Positions 37,169 through 48,281 of a DNA stretch of 59,176 bases are shown one piece after another. Where the stretch lies: NCBI GenBank assembly GCA_003213455.1, contig QCMX01000002.1, positions 1-59,176 of the forward strand, given 5' to 3'. Numbering within the stretch: the first letter of the stretch is position 1; every line of letters begins with the position of its first letter. The notes under the pieces are model-generated. The model was not told the origin of the DNA. It did no database searches and was given only the letters and a program-made list of their open reading frames with translations. Position numbers and translations under genes: made by a program. This DNA comes from SAR86 cluster bacterium AG-422-P06. GTDB taxonomy: Bacteria > Pseudomonadota > Gammaproteobacteria > Magnimaribacterales > TMED112.

Positions 37169-39961
37169 TTGAAGTTTATTGAAATCAAAGGTGCAAAAGC
37201 ACACAATTTAAAAAATATTTCTCTTAAAATTCCAAGAGAAAAGCTCACTGTTATTACAGGACTATCAGGTTCTGGCAAATCTTCTTTAGCATTCGATACT
37301 ATTTACGCTGAAGGGCAAAGAAGATATGTTGAATCATTATCCACTTATGCCAGACAATTTTTATCCGTTATGGACAAAGCAGACTTAGAATCGATTGAAG
37401 GTCTGTCACCATCAATATCTATCCAACAAAAATCTACCTCTCATAATCCAAGGTCTACTGTAGGAACTATAACTGAAGTGCACGATTATTTAAGGCTACT
37501 TTTTGCAAGGGTTGGCGTGCCAAAATGTCCTGAGCATCATATTGAGCTTGAAGCTAAACCAGTAGTAACAATGGTTGCTGAAACGGTAAAAAATGAGATG
37601 GGGGGGAAAATATCTGTATTCTCACCAATCATAATGGATGGCAAGGGAGAACATATTGAATTATTAAGCCAACTAATGGCTGAAGGTTTTTCAAAAGTAA
37701 GAGTTGATAATGAAATATATGCGATAAACAAAGTCCCTCTTTTAGAAAAAAATAAAAAACACAATATTTCGGTATTGGTAGATCAGCTAATTATTGATAA
37801 AACTAAGGATTGTAGGCAACGACTTACAGAATCAATAGAAACTGCTTTGAGATTCTCACAAGGATGTGTTGATATAGCATCAAATGAAAATGAGTATAGG
37901 CTTTCCAATAAGCACTCATGTCCAAAATGTGACTTTTCAGTTCAAGAACTAGAACCAAAAATTTTCTCTTTCAACAATCCAAACGGAGCATGCCCAGAAT
38001 GTGATGGGCTTGGAGTAAATAGTTACTTTGATGAAGACAAAATTATTAAATATAAGAATTTAAGTATTGCCCAAGGTTGCATTGAACCTTGGAATACTCC
38101 TTATTATCAAAGCAAGCTAATGGGTCTATTAGATGTGCTTAAAGAGGATGTAACTAAATCTTGGGATAACCTGAAAAAAGAAACAAAAGATATAATCTTA
38201 TGGGGTTCAGAAAAAGAAATATCGTTTAAAGATCTTTCAACGAATAAAACAATTAAAGAAAAATTTGAAGGAGTGATACCTTCTCTTCAAAGACAATTTG
38301 ATCGAACAGATTCCTATTTTATAAGAGAAAAAATTAGTTCATATGTTTCAGAAAAAACCTGTACATCTTGTAATGGACAGAGACTCAATGAAGTTGCAAG
38401 AAATGTTTTTGTTGATGGAATGAGTTTGCCTGAAATTAGCTCATTAAAGATTAATGATGCTAATGAAATAATCCAAAACCTAAACTTAGATGGAAATAAA
38501 TCTGAAATTGCTGAAAAAATTAGTAGAGAGATCTCAACTCGTCTTTCATTCCTAGTAGATGTTGGGCTTGATTACTTAAACCTTTCAAGAGGTGCCAATA
38601 CTTTGTCAGGTGGTGAAGCTCAAAGAATTAGATTAGCCAGCCAAATTGGGTCAGGACTAGTAGGTGTTATATATGTGCTTGATGAGCCTTCGATTGGACT
38701 TCATCAAAGAGACAATCAGAAACTTATCAGCACTCTCATCAAGCTAAGAGATTTAGGCAATACTGTAATTGTTGTAGAACATGATGAGGAAATGATTCGT
38801 TCTGCTGATCATATTATAGATTTAGGCACTGGTGCTGGAATTCATGGTGGCTCTATTGTTGCTGAAGGAAGTCTAGAAGATATATCAGCCTCAAAAAAAT
38901 CGATTACAGCTCAGTATCTTCGAAAAGAGAAAGTTATATCTCTAGAAAATAGTGAAAGAAAACAAAGCCATAATTCAATCTATATTTCAGGTGCTAAAAC
39001 AAACAATCTTAATGATATAAATATTGATATTCCATTAAATAAGTTAGTAGCAGTTACTGGGGTGTCAGGTTCTGGGAAATCCTCTTTAATTAATCACACA
39101 TTAATACCAGGCGTAAATTCAAAATTAAATAATTCAAAAATTCCAGAAAAAACAGAATTTAATAAAATTCTTGGCGAAGAGAATATTGATAAGCTTATTT
39201 CAATTGATCAAAGCCCAATAGGAAAAACACCAAGATCTAATCCAGCAACTTATACCGGCTTGTTTACTCATATAAGAGAAATCTTTGCTAATGCTCCAGA
39301 ATCAAGAGCAAGAGGATATAAACCTGGCAGATTCAGCTTTAATGTAGAGGGCGGAAGATGTGAGAATTGTAGAGGCGAAGGTTGGGTAAAAGTTGAAATG
39401 CATTTCTTGCCAGATCTATATGTTGAATGTGATGTATGTAAAGGCAAAAGGTTTAGGGACGATACTCTTGAGATCAAATTTAAAGATAAGAATATTCATG
39501 AAATACTTGAAATGACTGTTGAAGAAGGTTTAGATTTCTTCAAATCAATACCACAGATATTCAAAAAACTTACAACCCTTAAAGAAGTAGGGCTTTCGTA
39601 TATAAAATTAGGCCAAGCTGCTAATACCTTGTCTGGAGGTGAAGCTCAAAGGGTCAAACTTTCAAAAGAATTATCTAAAAGAGATACCGGCAATACTCTT
39701 TATATACTTGATGAACCTACAACAGGTCTTCATTTTTATGATATTCAGATGTTAATGGATGTTCTCAATAAGCTAGTTAATAAGGGTAATAGTGTAATTG
39801 TAATAGAGCATAATTTAGATGTAATAAAATTAGCTGACTGGATAATAGATCTTGGTCCTGAAGGTGGTGATGGAGGAGGAAATATTGTTGCGGAGGGCAA
39901 TATTAAAGAAATCAGGAAGAATAAGAAATCCTTTACAGGGAAAATGTTAAAAATTACTTAA
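37169..39961 (+). CDS. uvrA: Excinuclease ABC subunit A
   Basis: IEIKGAKAHNLKNISL, two ABC modules (GLSGSGKSS and GVSGSGKSS; LSGGEAQR twice) and zinc-module Cys pairs. TTG start. Confidence 0.95.
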   Translation: MKFIEIKGAKAHNLKNISLKIPREKLTVITGLSGSGKSSLAFDTIYAEGQRRYVESLSTYARQFLSVMDKADLESIEGLSPSISIQQKSTSHNPRSTVGTITEVHDYLRLLFARVGVPKCPEHHIELEAKPVVTMVAETVKNEMGGKISVFSPIIMDGKGEHIELLSQLMAEGFSKVRVDNEIYAINKVPLLEKNKKHNISVLVDQLIIDKTKDCRQRLTESIETALRFSQGCVDIASNENEYRLSNKHSCPKCDFSVQELEPKIFSFNNPNGACPECDGLGVNSYFDEDKIIKYKNLSIAQGCIEPWNTPYYQSKLMGLLDVLKEDVTKSWDNLKKETKDIILWGSEKEISFKDLSTNKTIKEKFEGVIPSLQRQFDRTDSYFIREKISSYVSEKTCTSCNGQRLNEVARNVFVDGMSLPEISSLKINDANEIIQNLNLDGNKSEIAEKISREISTRLSFLVDVGLDYLNLSRGANTLSGGEAQRIRLASQIGSGLVGVIYVLDEPSIGLHQRDNQKLISTLIKLRDLGNTVIVVEHDEEMIRSADHIIDLGTGAGIHGGSIVAEGSLEDISASKKSITAQYLRKEKVISLENSERKQSHNSIYISGAKTNNLNDINIDIPLNKLVAVTGVSGSGKSSLINHTLIPGVNSKLNNSKIPEKTEFNKILGEENIDKLISIDQSPIGKTPRSNPATYTGLFTHIREIFANAPESRARGYKPGRFSFNVEGGRCENCRGEGWVKVEMHFLPDLYVECDVCKGKRFRDDTLEIKFKDKNIHEILEMTVEEGLDFFKSIPQIFKKLTTLKEVGLSYIKLGQAANTLSGGEAQRVKLSKELSKRDTGNTLYILDEPTTGLHFYDIQMLMDVLNKLVNKGNSVIVIEHNLDVIKLADWIIDLGPEGGDGGGNIVAEGNIKEIRKNKKSFTGKMLKIT

Positions 39962-40680
39962 AAAAACCTAGACCACCAGCTTTTCTTTTCTTCTTTTTTC
40001 TTAGGCTTTGTTTCTTTAGTTTCAGTTTTCTTAGCAGCAGTTTTCTTAGCGGCAGCTTTTTTAGGTTTTTCTTCTTTTGTTTCAGTTTTCTTAGCAGCAG
40101 CTTTCTTAGGTTTTTCTTCTTTAGTTTCTTTTGTTTCAGTTTTCTTAGCAGCAGCTTTCTTAGGTTTTTCTTCTTTAGTTTCAGTTTTCTTAGCAGCAGC
40201 TTTCTTAGGTTTTTCTTCTTTAGTTTCTTCAACTACAGCTTCAACCAATGAATCTTCTACAACATTAGTTTCTTCTTTTACTAAGTTTTCAGAATCAGTT
40301 GCTTGATCTGAACTATCAGATTCATTCCTTATTGTTAGCTCCACATAACATATATCTGCTTTATCACCTTCTCTAAAGCCAGCTTTGATTACTCTAAGAT
40401 ATCCTCCATTAGTTTCGCTGAACCTTGGCCCTAAATCAGAGAATAGTTTTGATGCAGCACTTTTTGAATGTAGTTGCGAAATTACTTGTCTTCTATTGTG
40501 AAGAGTATCCTCTTTCGCTCTTGTAATTAAAGGCTCAAGAAATCTTCTTAGCTCTTTGCCTTTTTCAACTGTAGTTTTTACCACTTCATGCTCAATTAAA
40601 GATGCAGCAAGGTTCCTCATCATAGCCATTCTATGTGATGATGTTCTGCTGAATCTTCTGCTAAGCTTTCTGTGTCTCAT
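39958..40680 (-). CDS. rplQ: 50S ribosomal protein bL17 with a C-terminal repeat extension of about 120 aa
   Basis: The first ~118 aa are canonical bL17 (MRHRKLSRRFSRTSSHRMAMMRNL...). An acidic linker follows, then (KEEKPKKAAAKKTET)n. The protein ends KKSWWSRFF. Confidence 0.92.
   Translation of the reverse strand: MRHRKLSRRFSRTSSHRMAMMRNLAASLIEHEVVKTTVEKGKELRRFLEPLITRAKEDTLHNRRQVISQLHSKSAASKLFSDLGPRFSETNGGYLRVIKAGFREGDKADICYVELTIRNESDSSDQATDSENLVKEETNVVEDSLVEAVVEETKEEKPKKAAAKKTETKEEKPKKAAAKKTETKETKEEKPKKAAAKKTETKEEKPKKAAAKKTAAKKTETKETKPKKKEEKKSWWSRFF
40021..40224. repeat. In-frame 45-nt tandem repeat inside the rplQ 3' half
   Basis: ttcagttttcttagcagcagctttcttaggtttttcttctttagt is identical at 40081-40125, 40135-40179 and 40180-40224. 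A divergent copy with a 15-nt insertion lies at 40021-40080. Confidence 0.92.
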
Positions 40681-40682
40681 TT

Positions 40683-41636
40683 TTACATTGGTGGCCAGTT
40701 CTTAAGTACTGTTCCCATTGAAAGTCCTCTAGAAGCAAGTTCATCCTTTATTTCATTAAGAGATTTTTTACCTAAATTTGGAGTTTTTAATAAATCCATT
40801 TCACTTCTCTGAATAAGATCACCAATTAAGAAAATATTTTCTGCTTTCAAGCAATTTGTTGATCTAACTGTTAGTTCAAGCTCTTCAATGGATCTTAGTA
40901 GTAATGGATCAAAATCATACTTGTCTTTTCGCTTTTCTTTTCTAGAAACAAGTTCTTCATCAACAAATACTGCTAATTGGTGCTGCATTATTGTTGCAGC
41001 ATATTTAACAGCTTGTTTTGCATCTATTGTTCCATCAGTTTCAAGATCAAGGATTAATTTATCTAAATCTGTTCTATTTTCAACTCTTGTATTTTCAACT
41101 TTGTAATTAACTCTTTTTACTGGAGAAAAAATTGCATCAAGGTGCAAAGAATCAATACTTTTATCTTTTGTTTGTTCTGCTGGAACATAACCAATACCAG
41201 TCTTAACCTTCATTGTCATAGAGACTTTCTTAGGTTCAACAAGAGTAGCAATAACATGATCTGGATCCATCACCTCTACACCTGCTGGCAGTTCTAAATC
41301 AGAAGCAGTAATTGTTTTTGGAGATTTAACATCTAATTTAATTTCAGCTTCAGAAGGGCCATCTAATTTAATAGCCATATCTTTAAGGTTTAGTAAAACA
41401 TCTAAAATATCTTCTTTTATTCCTTCTATTGTTCCATATTCATGTGAAACACCATCTATTTTAACTTCCGTTACAGCAGCACCAGGCATATAAGAAAGCA
41501 TTATCCTTCTCAAACTATGACCTATTGTGTAGCCAAAACCTCTTTCAAATGGCTCTAAAACAACTTTTAGGTTGTTCTTGTCTACTTCATCTACTTTTGC
41601 AACTTCAGGCGCTAAAACATTTAATTTATCTTCCAT
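40683..41636 (-). CDS. rpoA: DNA-directed RNA polymerase alpha subunit
   Basis: NTD ([22 protein letters not shown]) and CTD ([20 protein letters not shown]). 317 aa. Confidence 0.96.
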   Translation of the reverse strand: MEDKLNVLAPEVAKVDEVDKNNLKVVLEPFERGFGYTIGHSLRRIMLSYMPGAAVTEVKIDGVSHEYGTIEGIKEDILDVLLNLKDMAIKLDGPSEAEIKLDVKSPKTITASDLELPAGVEVMDPDHVIATLVEPKKVSMTMKVKTGIGYVPAEQTKDKSIDSLHLDAIFSPVKRVNYKVENTRVENRTDLDKLILDLETDGTIDAKQAVKYAATIMQHQLAVFVDEELVSRKEKRKDKYDFDPLLLRSIEELELTVRSTNCLKAENIFLIGDLIQRSEMDLLKTPNLGKKSLNEIKDELASRGLSMGTVLKNWPPM

Positions 41637-41647
41637 AATTTCCTCTA

Positions 41648-42265
41648 TTATTTTGAGTACAACTCAATAATTAAGTTCTCATTGATTTCAGAACTTAGTT
41701 CACTTCGATCAGGGTAGCTTAAAAATTTACCCGTCATTTCATCAAAATTTACATCAAGCCAACTTGCTTTATCTTTTGATTTTGCAAGCTCTACAGCGGC
41801 CTTAATTCTTAAGTGTTCTTTGCTTTTTGCTGTAACTGATACCTCATCTTCTGGTTTTACATTATATGAAGGTATATTCACAACTTTTCCATTAACATTT
41901 ATTGATTTATGAGCAACTATTTGCCTTGCTTCTGCTCTAGTTACACCAAAACCCATTCTATAAACAACATTATCAAGTCTTGTCTCTAGTAAATTCAGAA
42001 GATTTTCTCCCGTATTGCCCTGTGATTTTGCTGCTTTAAGATAATAATTTCTAAATTGTCTTTCCAATAGACCGTACATCCTTTTTACTTTCTGCTTTTC
42101 TCTTAATTGCGTTCCGTAATCAGATAATCTTCCCCTTGACATTGAATTGCCAGGTTTTTTATCAAACTTACATTTTGATTCGACAGCTCTAGTGCCAGAA
42201 GTAAGCATTAAATCTGTGCCTTCTCTTCTAGAAAGTCTTAATCTTGGTCCTCTATATCTTGCCAT
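41648..42265 (-). CDS. rpsD: 30S ribosomal protein uS4
   Basis: [16 protein letters not shown]...; alpha operon order. Confidence 0.96.
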   Translation of the reverse strand: MARYRGPRLRLSRREGTDLMLTSGTRAVESKCKFDKKPGNSMSRGRLSDYGTQLREKQKVKRMYGLLERQFRNYYLKAAKSQGNTGENLLNLLETRLDNVVYRMGFGVTRAEARQIVAHKSINVNGKVVNIPSYNVKPEDEVSVTAKSKEHLRIKAAVELAKSKDKASWLDVNFDEMTGKFLSYPDRSELSSEINENLIIELYSK

Positions 42266-42639
42266 TATACTCTTCTCTTCTTAGGAGGCCTGCAACCATT
42301 ATGTGGTAGCGGGGTAACATCCGTAATTTTATTAATTCTTAGACCACAACCATTTAAAGCTCTAATAGATGATTCACGACCTGCTCCAGGCCCTTTCACT
42401 CTTACTTCTAAATTGACCATTCCCATTTCTTTAGCCATATTTCCAGCTCTTTCAGCTGCAATTTGTGCAGCAAATGGTGTGCTCTTTCTTGAACCTTTAA
42501 AGCCAGCACCTCCTGATGTTGCCCAACACAGTGCATTTCCACCCATATCTGTGATCATAACTATAGTGTTATTGAAGGATGCTTTTACGTGAGCAATACC
42601 GTCAGTTACTATTCTTTTTGTTTTTTTCTTTCCAGCCAT
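42265..42639 (-). CDS. rpsK: 30S ribosomal protein uS11
   Basis: ...[14 protein letters not shown]...; ends PPKKRRV. Confidence 0.96.
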   Translation of the reverse strand: MAGKKKTKRIVTDGIAHVKASFNNTIVMITDMGGNALCWATSGGAGFKGSRKSTPFAAQIAAERAGNMAKEMGMVNLEVRVKGPGAGRESSIRALNGCGLRINKITDVTPLPHNGCRPPKKRRV

Positions 42640-42995
42640 TATGCTTTTATAGGTTTCCTAGGCCCTTTTCTAGTTCTAGCGTTTGTTTTAGTTCTTTGAC
42701 CTCTTAGTGGCAGACTTCTTCTATGTCTAATGCCTCTGTAACAACCTAGATCCATTAATCTTTTAATATTGAAGTTGATATCTCGTCTTAAATCTCCTTC
42801 TATTTGAAATGTTTTTAACTCATCTCTTATTTTGTCTAGTTGATCTTCCGTAAGCTCTGATACTTTTTTGGAATATTTAATATTTAGCTTATCGCAAATA
42901 TCTTGAGCAGTTTTACGACCAATTCCATAAATATGAGTTAAAGAAACATCTATGTGCTTGTTATCTGGTATGTTTATTCCGCCTACTCTTGCCAT
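42639..42995 (-). CDS. rpsM: 30S ribosomal protein uS13
   Basis: [14 protein letters not shown]... Confidence 0.96.
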   Translation of the reverse strand: MARVGGINIPDNKHIDVSLTHIYGIGRKTAQDICDKLNIKYSKKVSELTEDQLDKIRDELKTFQIEGDLRRDINFNIKRLMDLGCYRGIRHRRSLPLRGQRTKTNARTRKGPRKPIKA

Positions 42996-42997
42996 GA

Positions 42998-43111
42998 TTA
43001 TCCTTGTCTCTGTTTATGCCTCTTATTCTTACAGATCACAAATAATGTGCCTGATCTTTTAACTACTTTGCAATCCTTGCAAATCCTTTTTATTGACGAT
43101 CTAACTTTCAT
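42998..43111 (-). CDS. rpmJ: 50S ribosomal protein bL36 (zinc-ribbon form)
   Basis: Not in the supplied ORF track. My hand translation of the minus strand from 43111 gives [37 protein letters not shown] plus stop. CxxC...C...H motif. ATGA overlap with the secY stop. Confidence 0.9.
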   Translation of the reverse strand: MKVRSSIKRICKDCKVVKRSGTLFVICKNKRHKQRQG

Positions 43112-44394
43112 CTTCTTCTACTCTTTTTAGAGCCGGAAATATTAGCATTTTTTAAGATAGATGCATATTGTTGGCTCATAACATATGACTGTATTTGTCT
43201 TTGTAAATCTAGCATTACAACAACAACAATAAGAACTGATGTTCCACCTAGATAAAAAGATATCCCAAAGCTGTTTATTAAAAGTAATGGAAGTATACAA
43301 ACTAATGATAAATAGAAGGCTCCAAATACTGTTAACCTTGAAAGAATTGTATCAATAAATGTAGCTGTTTGATCTCCAGGTCTTATTCCAGGTATGTAAC
43401 CCCCGCTTCTTTTCAGATTGTCAGCCATATCATTAGAACTAAAAGTTAATGCTAACCAAATGTAACAAAATGAAACTATTAAAATTACAAATAAAAGAAT
43501 GTATAGCGGCTGTCCAGGGTTAAGATAAAGTGCAAATTCTTGTAAACCACTTAATCCTTCAATATTTCCAAACCAAGATGACAACGTTGCTGGAAATAAT
43601 AAAAATGTACTAGCAAAAATTGCTGGAATTACACCTGACATATTCAATTTTAGTGGCAGAAAACTCGATGGTGCCTGAACCATACCTCTAACTTGGTGTC
43701 TTTGTGCATAATTAACAGTAATTTTTCTTTGAGCATTCTCCACAAATACAACTAAAGCAACAACCAATAGTGTTAGAAGGCCCAAAACGATCAGAATAAG
43801 GTAATTGAGGTCGCCTTGTTGAGTTTGCTCTAATGCTTGTCCAAAAGCTCTTGGTACGCCTGTAATGATGCTTGTTGCAATAATAAGAGATATGCCATTT
43901 CCAATTCCTCTCTCAGAAATTTGCTCGCCAAGCCACATTAAGAAAACTGTACCTGTAACAATTGATAACACAGCAACAATTGCACCAAAAATACTACTTG
44001 ATTCAATCAGACCAGCTGTCTGCAAGGTAACTGTCAGGGCAGTTGATTGAATAAGTGCAAACACTACAGTGCCGTATCTCGTGTATTGTGTAATTTTATT
44101 TCTGCCAGCTTGTCCATCTTTTTTGAGTTCTTGTAAATATGGGAGTGAGTTTGAAAATAATTGCATAACAATTGCAGCAGATATATATGGAACAACACTG
44201 AGTGCAAAAATACTCATTCTCTCGAGAGCACCTCCTGAAAATAAGTTGAAATATTGAAGAATTGTGCCTTGGCTTTGTTGAAATAAAGCAGCTACTTGTT
44301 CTGGGTTGATGCCAGGAATTGGAATATGGGTCCCAATCCTATAAACAAGCAGTGCAAAAGCTAGGAAACCTAGCCTTTTCCATAATTCAGACAT
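43108..44394 (-). CDS. secY: Preprotein translocase subunit SecY
   Basis: 10-TM protein with [18 protein letters not shown] at 44394; the track start at 44406 is a TTG overlapping rplO. Confidence 0.94.
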   Translation of the reverse strand: MSELWKRLGFLAFALLVYRIGTHIPIPGINPEQVAALFQQSQGTILQYFNLFSGGALERMSIFALSVVPYISAAIVMQLFSNSLPYLQELKKDGQAGRNKITQYTRYGTVVFALIQSTALTVTLQTAGLIESSSIFGAIVAVLSIVTGTVFLMWLGEQISERGIGNGISLIIATSIITGVPRAFGQALEQTQQGDLNYLILIVLGLLTLLVVALVVFVENAQRKITVNYAQRHQVRGMVQAPSSFLPLKLNMSGVIPAIFASTFLLFPATLSSWFGNIEGLSGLQEFALYLNPGQPLYILLFVILIVSFCYIWLALTFSSNDMADNLKRSGGYIPGIRPGDQTATFIDTILSRLTVFGAFYLSLVCILPLLLINSFGISFYLGGTSVLIVVVVMLDLQRQIQSYVMSQQYASILKNANISGSKKSRRR

Positions 44395-44398
44395 TGAA

Positions 44399-44803
44399 TT
44401 ATCCAACTTTTACCCCTTTTGAAATTCTTATATTCTCATCAGTTGGTTTTTCAGCTAGCTTGCCTTCACCAAATATTTTGACCTTAAGAGTTGATTTTTT
44501 TATGAGCCCTAGTTTTTTAAGATTTTCGATATTTATCTTCTTCACACCTTCTAGATTTTTAACATTAATGCTTTCTGAAACTCTCGAAACCCTTGAAGTA
44601 AAACCAAATTTTGGCAACCTCATTTGAAGTGGCATTTGCCCACCTTCAAACCCTGGCCTCACATTGCCGCCTGACCTAGATTTTTGACCCTTATGTCCTC
44701 TTCCTGCTGTTTTACCAACACCAGAGCCGGTACCTCTTCCTACTCTTTTTCTTTCAGACCTTGATTTAGGATCTCCAATATTATTTAACGTTAATTTTTC
44801 CAT
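44399..44803 (-). CDS. rplO: 50S ribosomal protein uL15
   Basis: KRVGRGTGSGVGKTAGRGHKGQKSRSGG. ATG at 44803; the track start at 44821 is a TTG inside rpmD. Confidence 0.94.
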   Translation of the reverse strand: MEKLTLNNIGDPKSRSERKRVGRGTGSGVGKTAGRGHKGQKSRSGGNVRPGFEGGQMPLQMRLPKFGFTSRVSRVSESINVKNLEGVKKINIENLKKLGLIKKSTLKVKIFGEGKLAEKPTDENIRISKGVKVG

Positions 44804-44804
44804 G

Positions 44805-44987
44805 TTATTTAACCTCTTCAACTGAGATAAGATAATCCACTTGATTAATCATGCCTCTAACTGATGGCGAGTCTTCAAGCACCCTTGAATCTCCAATACC
44901 TCTGAGCCCTAGACCTTTTATTGATAGTCTATGGTTCTTTTTTCTGCCAATAAGGCTTCTAAGTTGTGTGACTTTGAGTTTTGCCAT
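44805..44987 (-). CDS. rpmD: 50S ribosomal protein uL30
   Basis: [15 protein letters not shown]...GLGLRGIG. 60 aa. Confidence 0.95.
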   Translation of the reverse strand: MAKLKVTQLRSLIGRKKNHRLSIKGLGLRGIGDSRVLEDSPSVRGMINQVDYLISVEEVK

Positions 44988-45472
44988 TATTTTCTTCTCT
45001 CTTTTACTTTTTCAGGCGATTCCATTTTAGCTAGACCTTCAACAGTAGCTCTTACAACGTTAATTGGATTTGTTGAACCATAACATTTTGCAAGAACATT
45101 CTTGATACCTACAAGCTCTAATACAGCCCTCATAGCTCCTCCAGCAATGATACCTGTACCTTCTGAAGCTGGCTGCATATAAACTTTTGTTGCTGAACTT
45201 TTCTGATTAATTGGGTACCAAATTGTATTACCATTAAGTTCAACATTTACTAAGCTTCTTTTTGCTTCATCAAGTGCTTTCTGAATTGCAACTGGTACTT
45301 CTTTTGCTTTACCTCTTCCATATCCAACTTTTCCATTGCCATCACCTACAACTGTAAGTGCTGTAAAAGACATGACTCTTCCTCCTTTTACAGTTTTTGC
45401 AACTCTATTAACCTGAACTAGCTTTTCAACTAGCGTATCTTGCCCCATATTTTGTGCCTGTAAATTTTCCAT
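44987..45472 (-). CDS. rpsE: 30S ribosomal protein uS5
   Basis: [25 protein letters not shown]... Confidence 0.96.
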   Translation of the reverse strand: MENLQAQNMGQDTLVEKLVQVNRVAKTVKGGRVMSFTALTVVGDGNGKVGYGRGKAKEVPVAIQKALDEAKRSLVNVELNGNTIWYPINQKSSATKVYMQPASEGTGIIAGGAMRAVLELVGIKNVLAKCYGSTNPINVVRATVEGLAKMESPEKVKERRK

Positions 45473-45819
45473 TAAAACTCTAAGCCTCCATCTCTTGCAC
45501 CATCAGCTAAAGCTTTAACTCTGCCGTGGTATTTATATCCTGATCTGTCAAAAGTAACTTTCTTGTGCCCTAAATCGATTGCTTTCTTTGCAATTTCAGC
45601 ACCTATTTTTGATGCAGCCTCAATATTGCCGCCGCTCTTACCTTTAAATTCTTTTTGCTGTGTTGAAACAGTTGCAAGAACTTTTCCATTAGAAGAATCA
45701 ATAAGTTGAGCAGTTATATTCTTCAGAGATCTACAAACAGACACTCTCATTAACTGAACTTTTTGCAGTTTTGCTCTAAGTTTTTTTGATCTTCTTACTC
45801 TAGCTAATTCTTTACTCAT
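45472..45819 (-). CDS. rplR: 50S ribosomal protein uL18
   Basis: [12 protein letters not shown]...[19 protein letters not shown]. Confidence 0.96.
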   Translation of the reverse strand: MSKELARVRRSKKLRAKLQKVQLMRVSVCRSLKNITAQLIDSSNGKVLATVSTQQKEFKGKSGGNIEAASKIGAEIAKKAIDLGHKKVTFDRSGYKYHGRVKALADGARDGGLEF

Positions 45820-45822
45820 ATC

Positions 45823-46362
45823 TTATCCTGCTGCTGCTGCTTTTTTCCTTTCTTTTCTAGCAATGTGCTCTCCATCTATAAAGATACCTTTACCTTTATA
45901 TGGTTCGGGTGGTCTGAATGATCTAATCTCGGCACATACTTGACCTAATAGTTGTTTGTTGCATGATGAAATTGTAAGTTCTGTTTGGCTGTCTTGTGCT
46001 GCTTCTACAGTTGCAGGCAATTCATACTCCACAGGGTGTGAAAAACCGAGAGTAAAAGTAATCTTTTTACCTTGAACTTTTGCTCGATAACCAACACCGT
46101 TAAGTTTTACTTTCTTTTCAAAACCTTCACTAACACCTTTCACATAATTATTTACAAGCGCACGCATTGTCCCAGCCATTGCTCTCTCTTCATCCTTACT
46201 CCACTTCACTTGAAACATATTTTCTTCAACAGAGAAATCTACGCTTTCATGAATATCAAGAGTCATTTCACCTTTGGGTCCTTTGAAATTAACAGTCTTG
46301 CCTTCAGTTGTTAGGTTTACTGATTCTGGAATACTGACTGGATCTTTTGCTATTCTTGACAT
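45823..46362 (-). CDS. rplF: 50S ribosomal protein uL6
   Basis: MSRIAKDPVSIPESV...; spc operon order. Confidence 0.96.
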   Translation of the reverse strand: MSRIAKDPVSIPESVNLTTEGKTVNFKGPKGEMTLDIHESVDFSVEENMFQVKWSKDEERAMAGTMRALVNNYVKGVSEGFEKKVKLNGVGYRAKVQGKKITFTLGFSHPVEYELPATVEAAQDSQTELTISSCNKQLLGQVCAEIRSFRPPEPYKGKGIFIDGEHIARKERKKAAAAG

Positions 46363-46748
46363 TAAAATACCCTACAAATTACTTCGCCACCTAGCTGTTT
46401 TTTTATTGCATCTTTATCAGTCATAAGCCCTTTACTAGTTGTTAAGACTTTTAAACCAAGACCGCCCTTGTAAGGCTTAATTTCTTTATAACTCAAATAT
46501 TTTCTTAGGCCAGGTCTTGATTCTCTGACTAATTCTTTAATTACTGGCTCTTCTTCAAAATACTTTAATGTTATTTCTAACTCATCAAAGTCTTTCTTAA
46601 CTTTTTTCACACTATGCAAAAAGCCTTCTTTAACTAAAAGCTTTGCTAATTCATGCTTAAGCTTAGAATATGGTGCATTCACCGTTTCTTTGCTTCGCAT
46701 TAATGCGTTTCTAATTCTTGTTAATAAATCTGCTATCGGATCTGTCAT
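46362..46748 (-). CDS. rpsH: 30S ribosomal protein uS8
   Basis: MTDPIADLLTRIRNA... Confidence 0.96.
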   Translation of the reverse strand: MTDPIADLLTRIRNALMRSKETVNAPYSKLKHELAKLLVKEGFLHSVKKVKKDFDELEITLKYFEEEPVIKELVRESRPGLRKYLSYKEIKPYKGGLGLKVLTTSKGLMTDKDAIKKQLGGEVICRVF

Positions 46749-46752
46749 ATTA

Positions 46753-47055
46753 TTACCAACTTGATTTTTTAATACCAGGCAACTTACCTGACATTGCTAA
46801 TTCCCTTAATTTTGTTCTACTTAATCCAAATTTTCTGTATACGCCTTTAGGTCTCCCTGTTAAAGCACACCTACGGACAACCCTTGAAGGATTAGAGCTT
46901 CTTGGCAATTTTTGAAGTTTTCTTTGGATATCCATTTTCTCTTCAAAAGTTGCTGCTTTCCTCTGCTCTTCCTTTAAGGCTGCACGCTTTTCAGAAAACT
47001 TTTCTACAAGTTTTATCTTCTTTTTTTCTCTTTCAATAATTGATTTTCTAGCCAT
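46753..47055 (-). CDS. rpsN: 30S ribosomal protein uS14 (long, non-zinc form)
   Basis: ATG at 47055 ([13 protein letters not shown]...). The C-terminus ends with W. There is only one Cys, so no CxxC pairs. Confidence 0.94.
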   Translation of the reverse strand: MARKSIIEREKKKIKLVEKFSEKRAALKEEQRKAATFEEKMDIQRKLQKLPRSSNPSRVVRRCALTGRPKGVYRKFGLSRTKLRELAMSGKLPGIKKSSW

Positions 47056-47593
47056 TCTTACCTCTAAATGGGAAATTAAAACACTTAAGTAGTTCTTTTG
47101 CATCGCTATCTTTTAATGCTGATGTTGTTATTGCAATATCCATGCCTCTAAGCTTGTCAACTTTGTCATAATCAATCTCTGGAAAAATAATTTGCTCTTT
47201 TACTCCCATATTGTAATTTCCTCTACCATCAAATGATTTCTCACTTAAACCCCTGAAGTCTTTTTCTCTTGGAATTGCTAGATCTATAAGTCTTTCGAAA
47301 AAGTCATACATCTTTTCACCTCGAAGAGTTACTTTGCAACCAATTGGATACTCTTCTCTTATTTTGAAGGTTGCTACTGCTTTTCTGGCTCTTGTGATAA
47401 CAACTTTTTGTCCAGAAATAGCCTCAAGATCTGCAACAGCATGATCTAAAACTTTTTTGTCTTTTGATGCTTCACCAACACCCATATTGATTGTAATTTT
47501 CTTGAGTTTTGGCACCTGCATAACAGATTTGTATCCAAGCTTCTCTTTAAGAACTGGTACAATTTCTTTTGTATATCTATCTTTAAGTTTCAT
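47048..47593 (-). CDS. rplE: 50S ribosomal protein uL5
   Basis: [11 protein letters not shown]...NMGVGEA... Confidence 0.96.
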   Translation of the reverse strand: MKLKDRYTKEIVPVLKEKLGYKSVMQVPKLKKITINMGVGEASKDKKVLDHAVADLEAISGQKVVITRARKAVATFKIREEYPIGCKVTLRGEKMYDFFERLIDLAIPREKDFRGLSEKSFDGRGNYNMGVKEQIIFPEIDYDKVDKLRGMDIAITTSALKDSDAKELLKCFNFPFRGKNG

Positions 47594-47913
47594 TATTTAA
47601 CACTCTTGCCTGTTGATCTAAAAACTCTAACTTTTTTACCTTTTTCTTCTTTGAATGATAATTTATCTTGTTTTTTTGTTTCGCTGTTCCAAATCATCAC
47701 ATTTGAAAGATTAATAGGCATTTCTTTTTCAACTATGCCTCCTGTAATCCCAAGCTGAGGATTTGGTCTAGTATGTTTTTTTGCAAGATTCAAATCGTTT
47801 ATTACACATCTGTTTCCCACTATCTTCTTTATATTTCCTCTTTTGCCTTTCTCTCTTCCAGAAATGACTATTACTTCATCACCTTCTCTTAGTTTTGTGT
47901 TCTTTAATTTCAT
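47593..47913 (-). CDS. rplX: 50S ribosomal protein uL24
   Basis: [20 protein letters not shown] (KOW motif). Confidence 0.95.
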   Translation of the reverse strand: MKLKNTKLREGDEVIVISGREKGKRGNIKKIVGNRCVINDLNLAKKHTRPNPQLGITGGIVEKEMPINLSNVMIWNSETKKQDKLSFKEEKGKKVRVFRSTGKSVK

Positions 47914-48281
47914 TAAAGTACCTCCGGTGCTAGTGAAACAATTTTCATAAATTTTGCTGTTCTCAGTTCTCTTGTTACGGGTCCAAAAATTCTTGTTGCT
48001 ACTGGTTCTTTATTTGTATTAAGTAACACTACTGCGTTCTCATCAAATCCAATTTTAGAGCCGTCTTGTCTTCGAACTCCTGACTTGCTTCTAACAATCA
48101 AAGCATTCATTACAGAGCCTTTCTTTATTTTGCTCTGTGGTAAAGCTTCTTTAATAGCAACTTTAATTACATCGCCAATATTGGCTGTTCTTCTTTTAGA
48201 ACCGCCTAAAACTTTAATACACATAACTCTTCTTGCTCCACTGTTATCAGCGACACTTAGCATGCTTTGAGTTTGAATCAC
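47913..48281 (-). CDS. rplN: 50S ribosomal protein uL14
   Basis: A GTG at 48281 gives [27 protein letters not shown], matching the canonical L14 N-terminus. GTGA overlap with the rpsQ stop. The longer track ORF would run through rpsQ. Confidence 0.93.
   Translation of the reverse strand: MIQTQSMLSVADNSGARRVMCIKVLGGSKRRTANIGDVIKVAIKEALPQSKIKKGSVMNALIVRSKSGVRRQDGSKIGFDENAVVLLNTNKEPVATRIFGPVTRELRTAKFMKIVSLAPEVL

Noticed and set aside
39954-40232. 92-aa minus-strand ORF (LRKLLLRKLKLKKKNLRK...) in an alternative frame of the rplQ tail.
   Set aside because: It is an out-of-frame reading of the same 45-nt repeats. It is continuous with nothing upstream, whereas the bL17 frame runs uninterrupted from the canonical domain.
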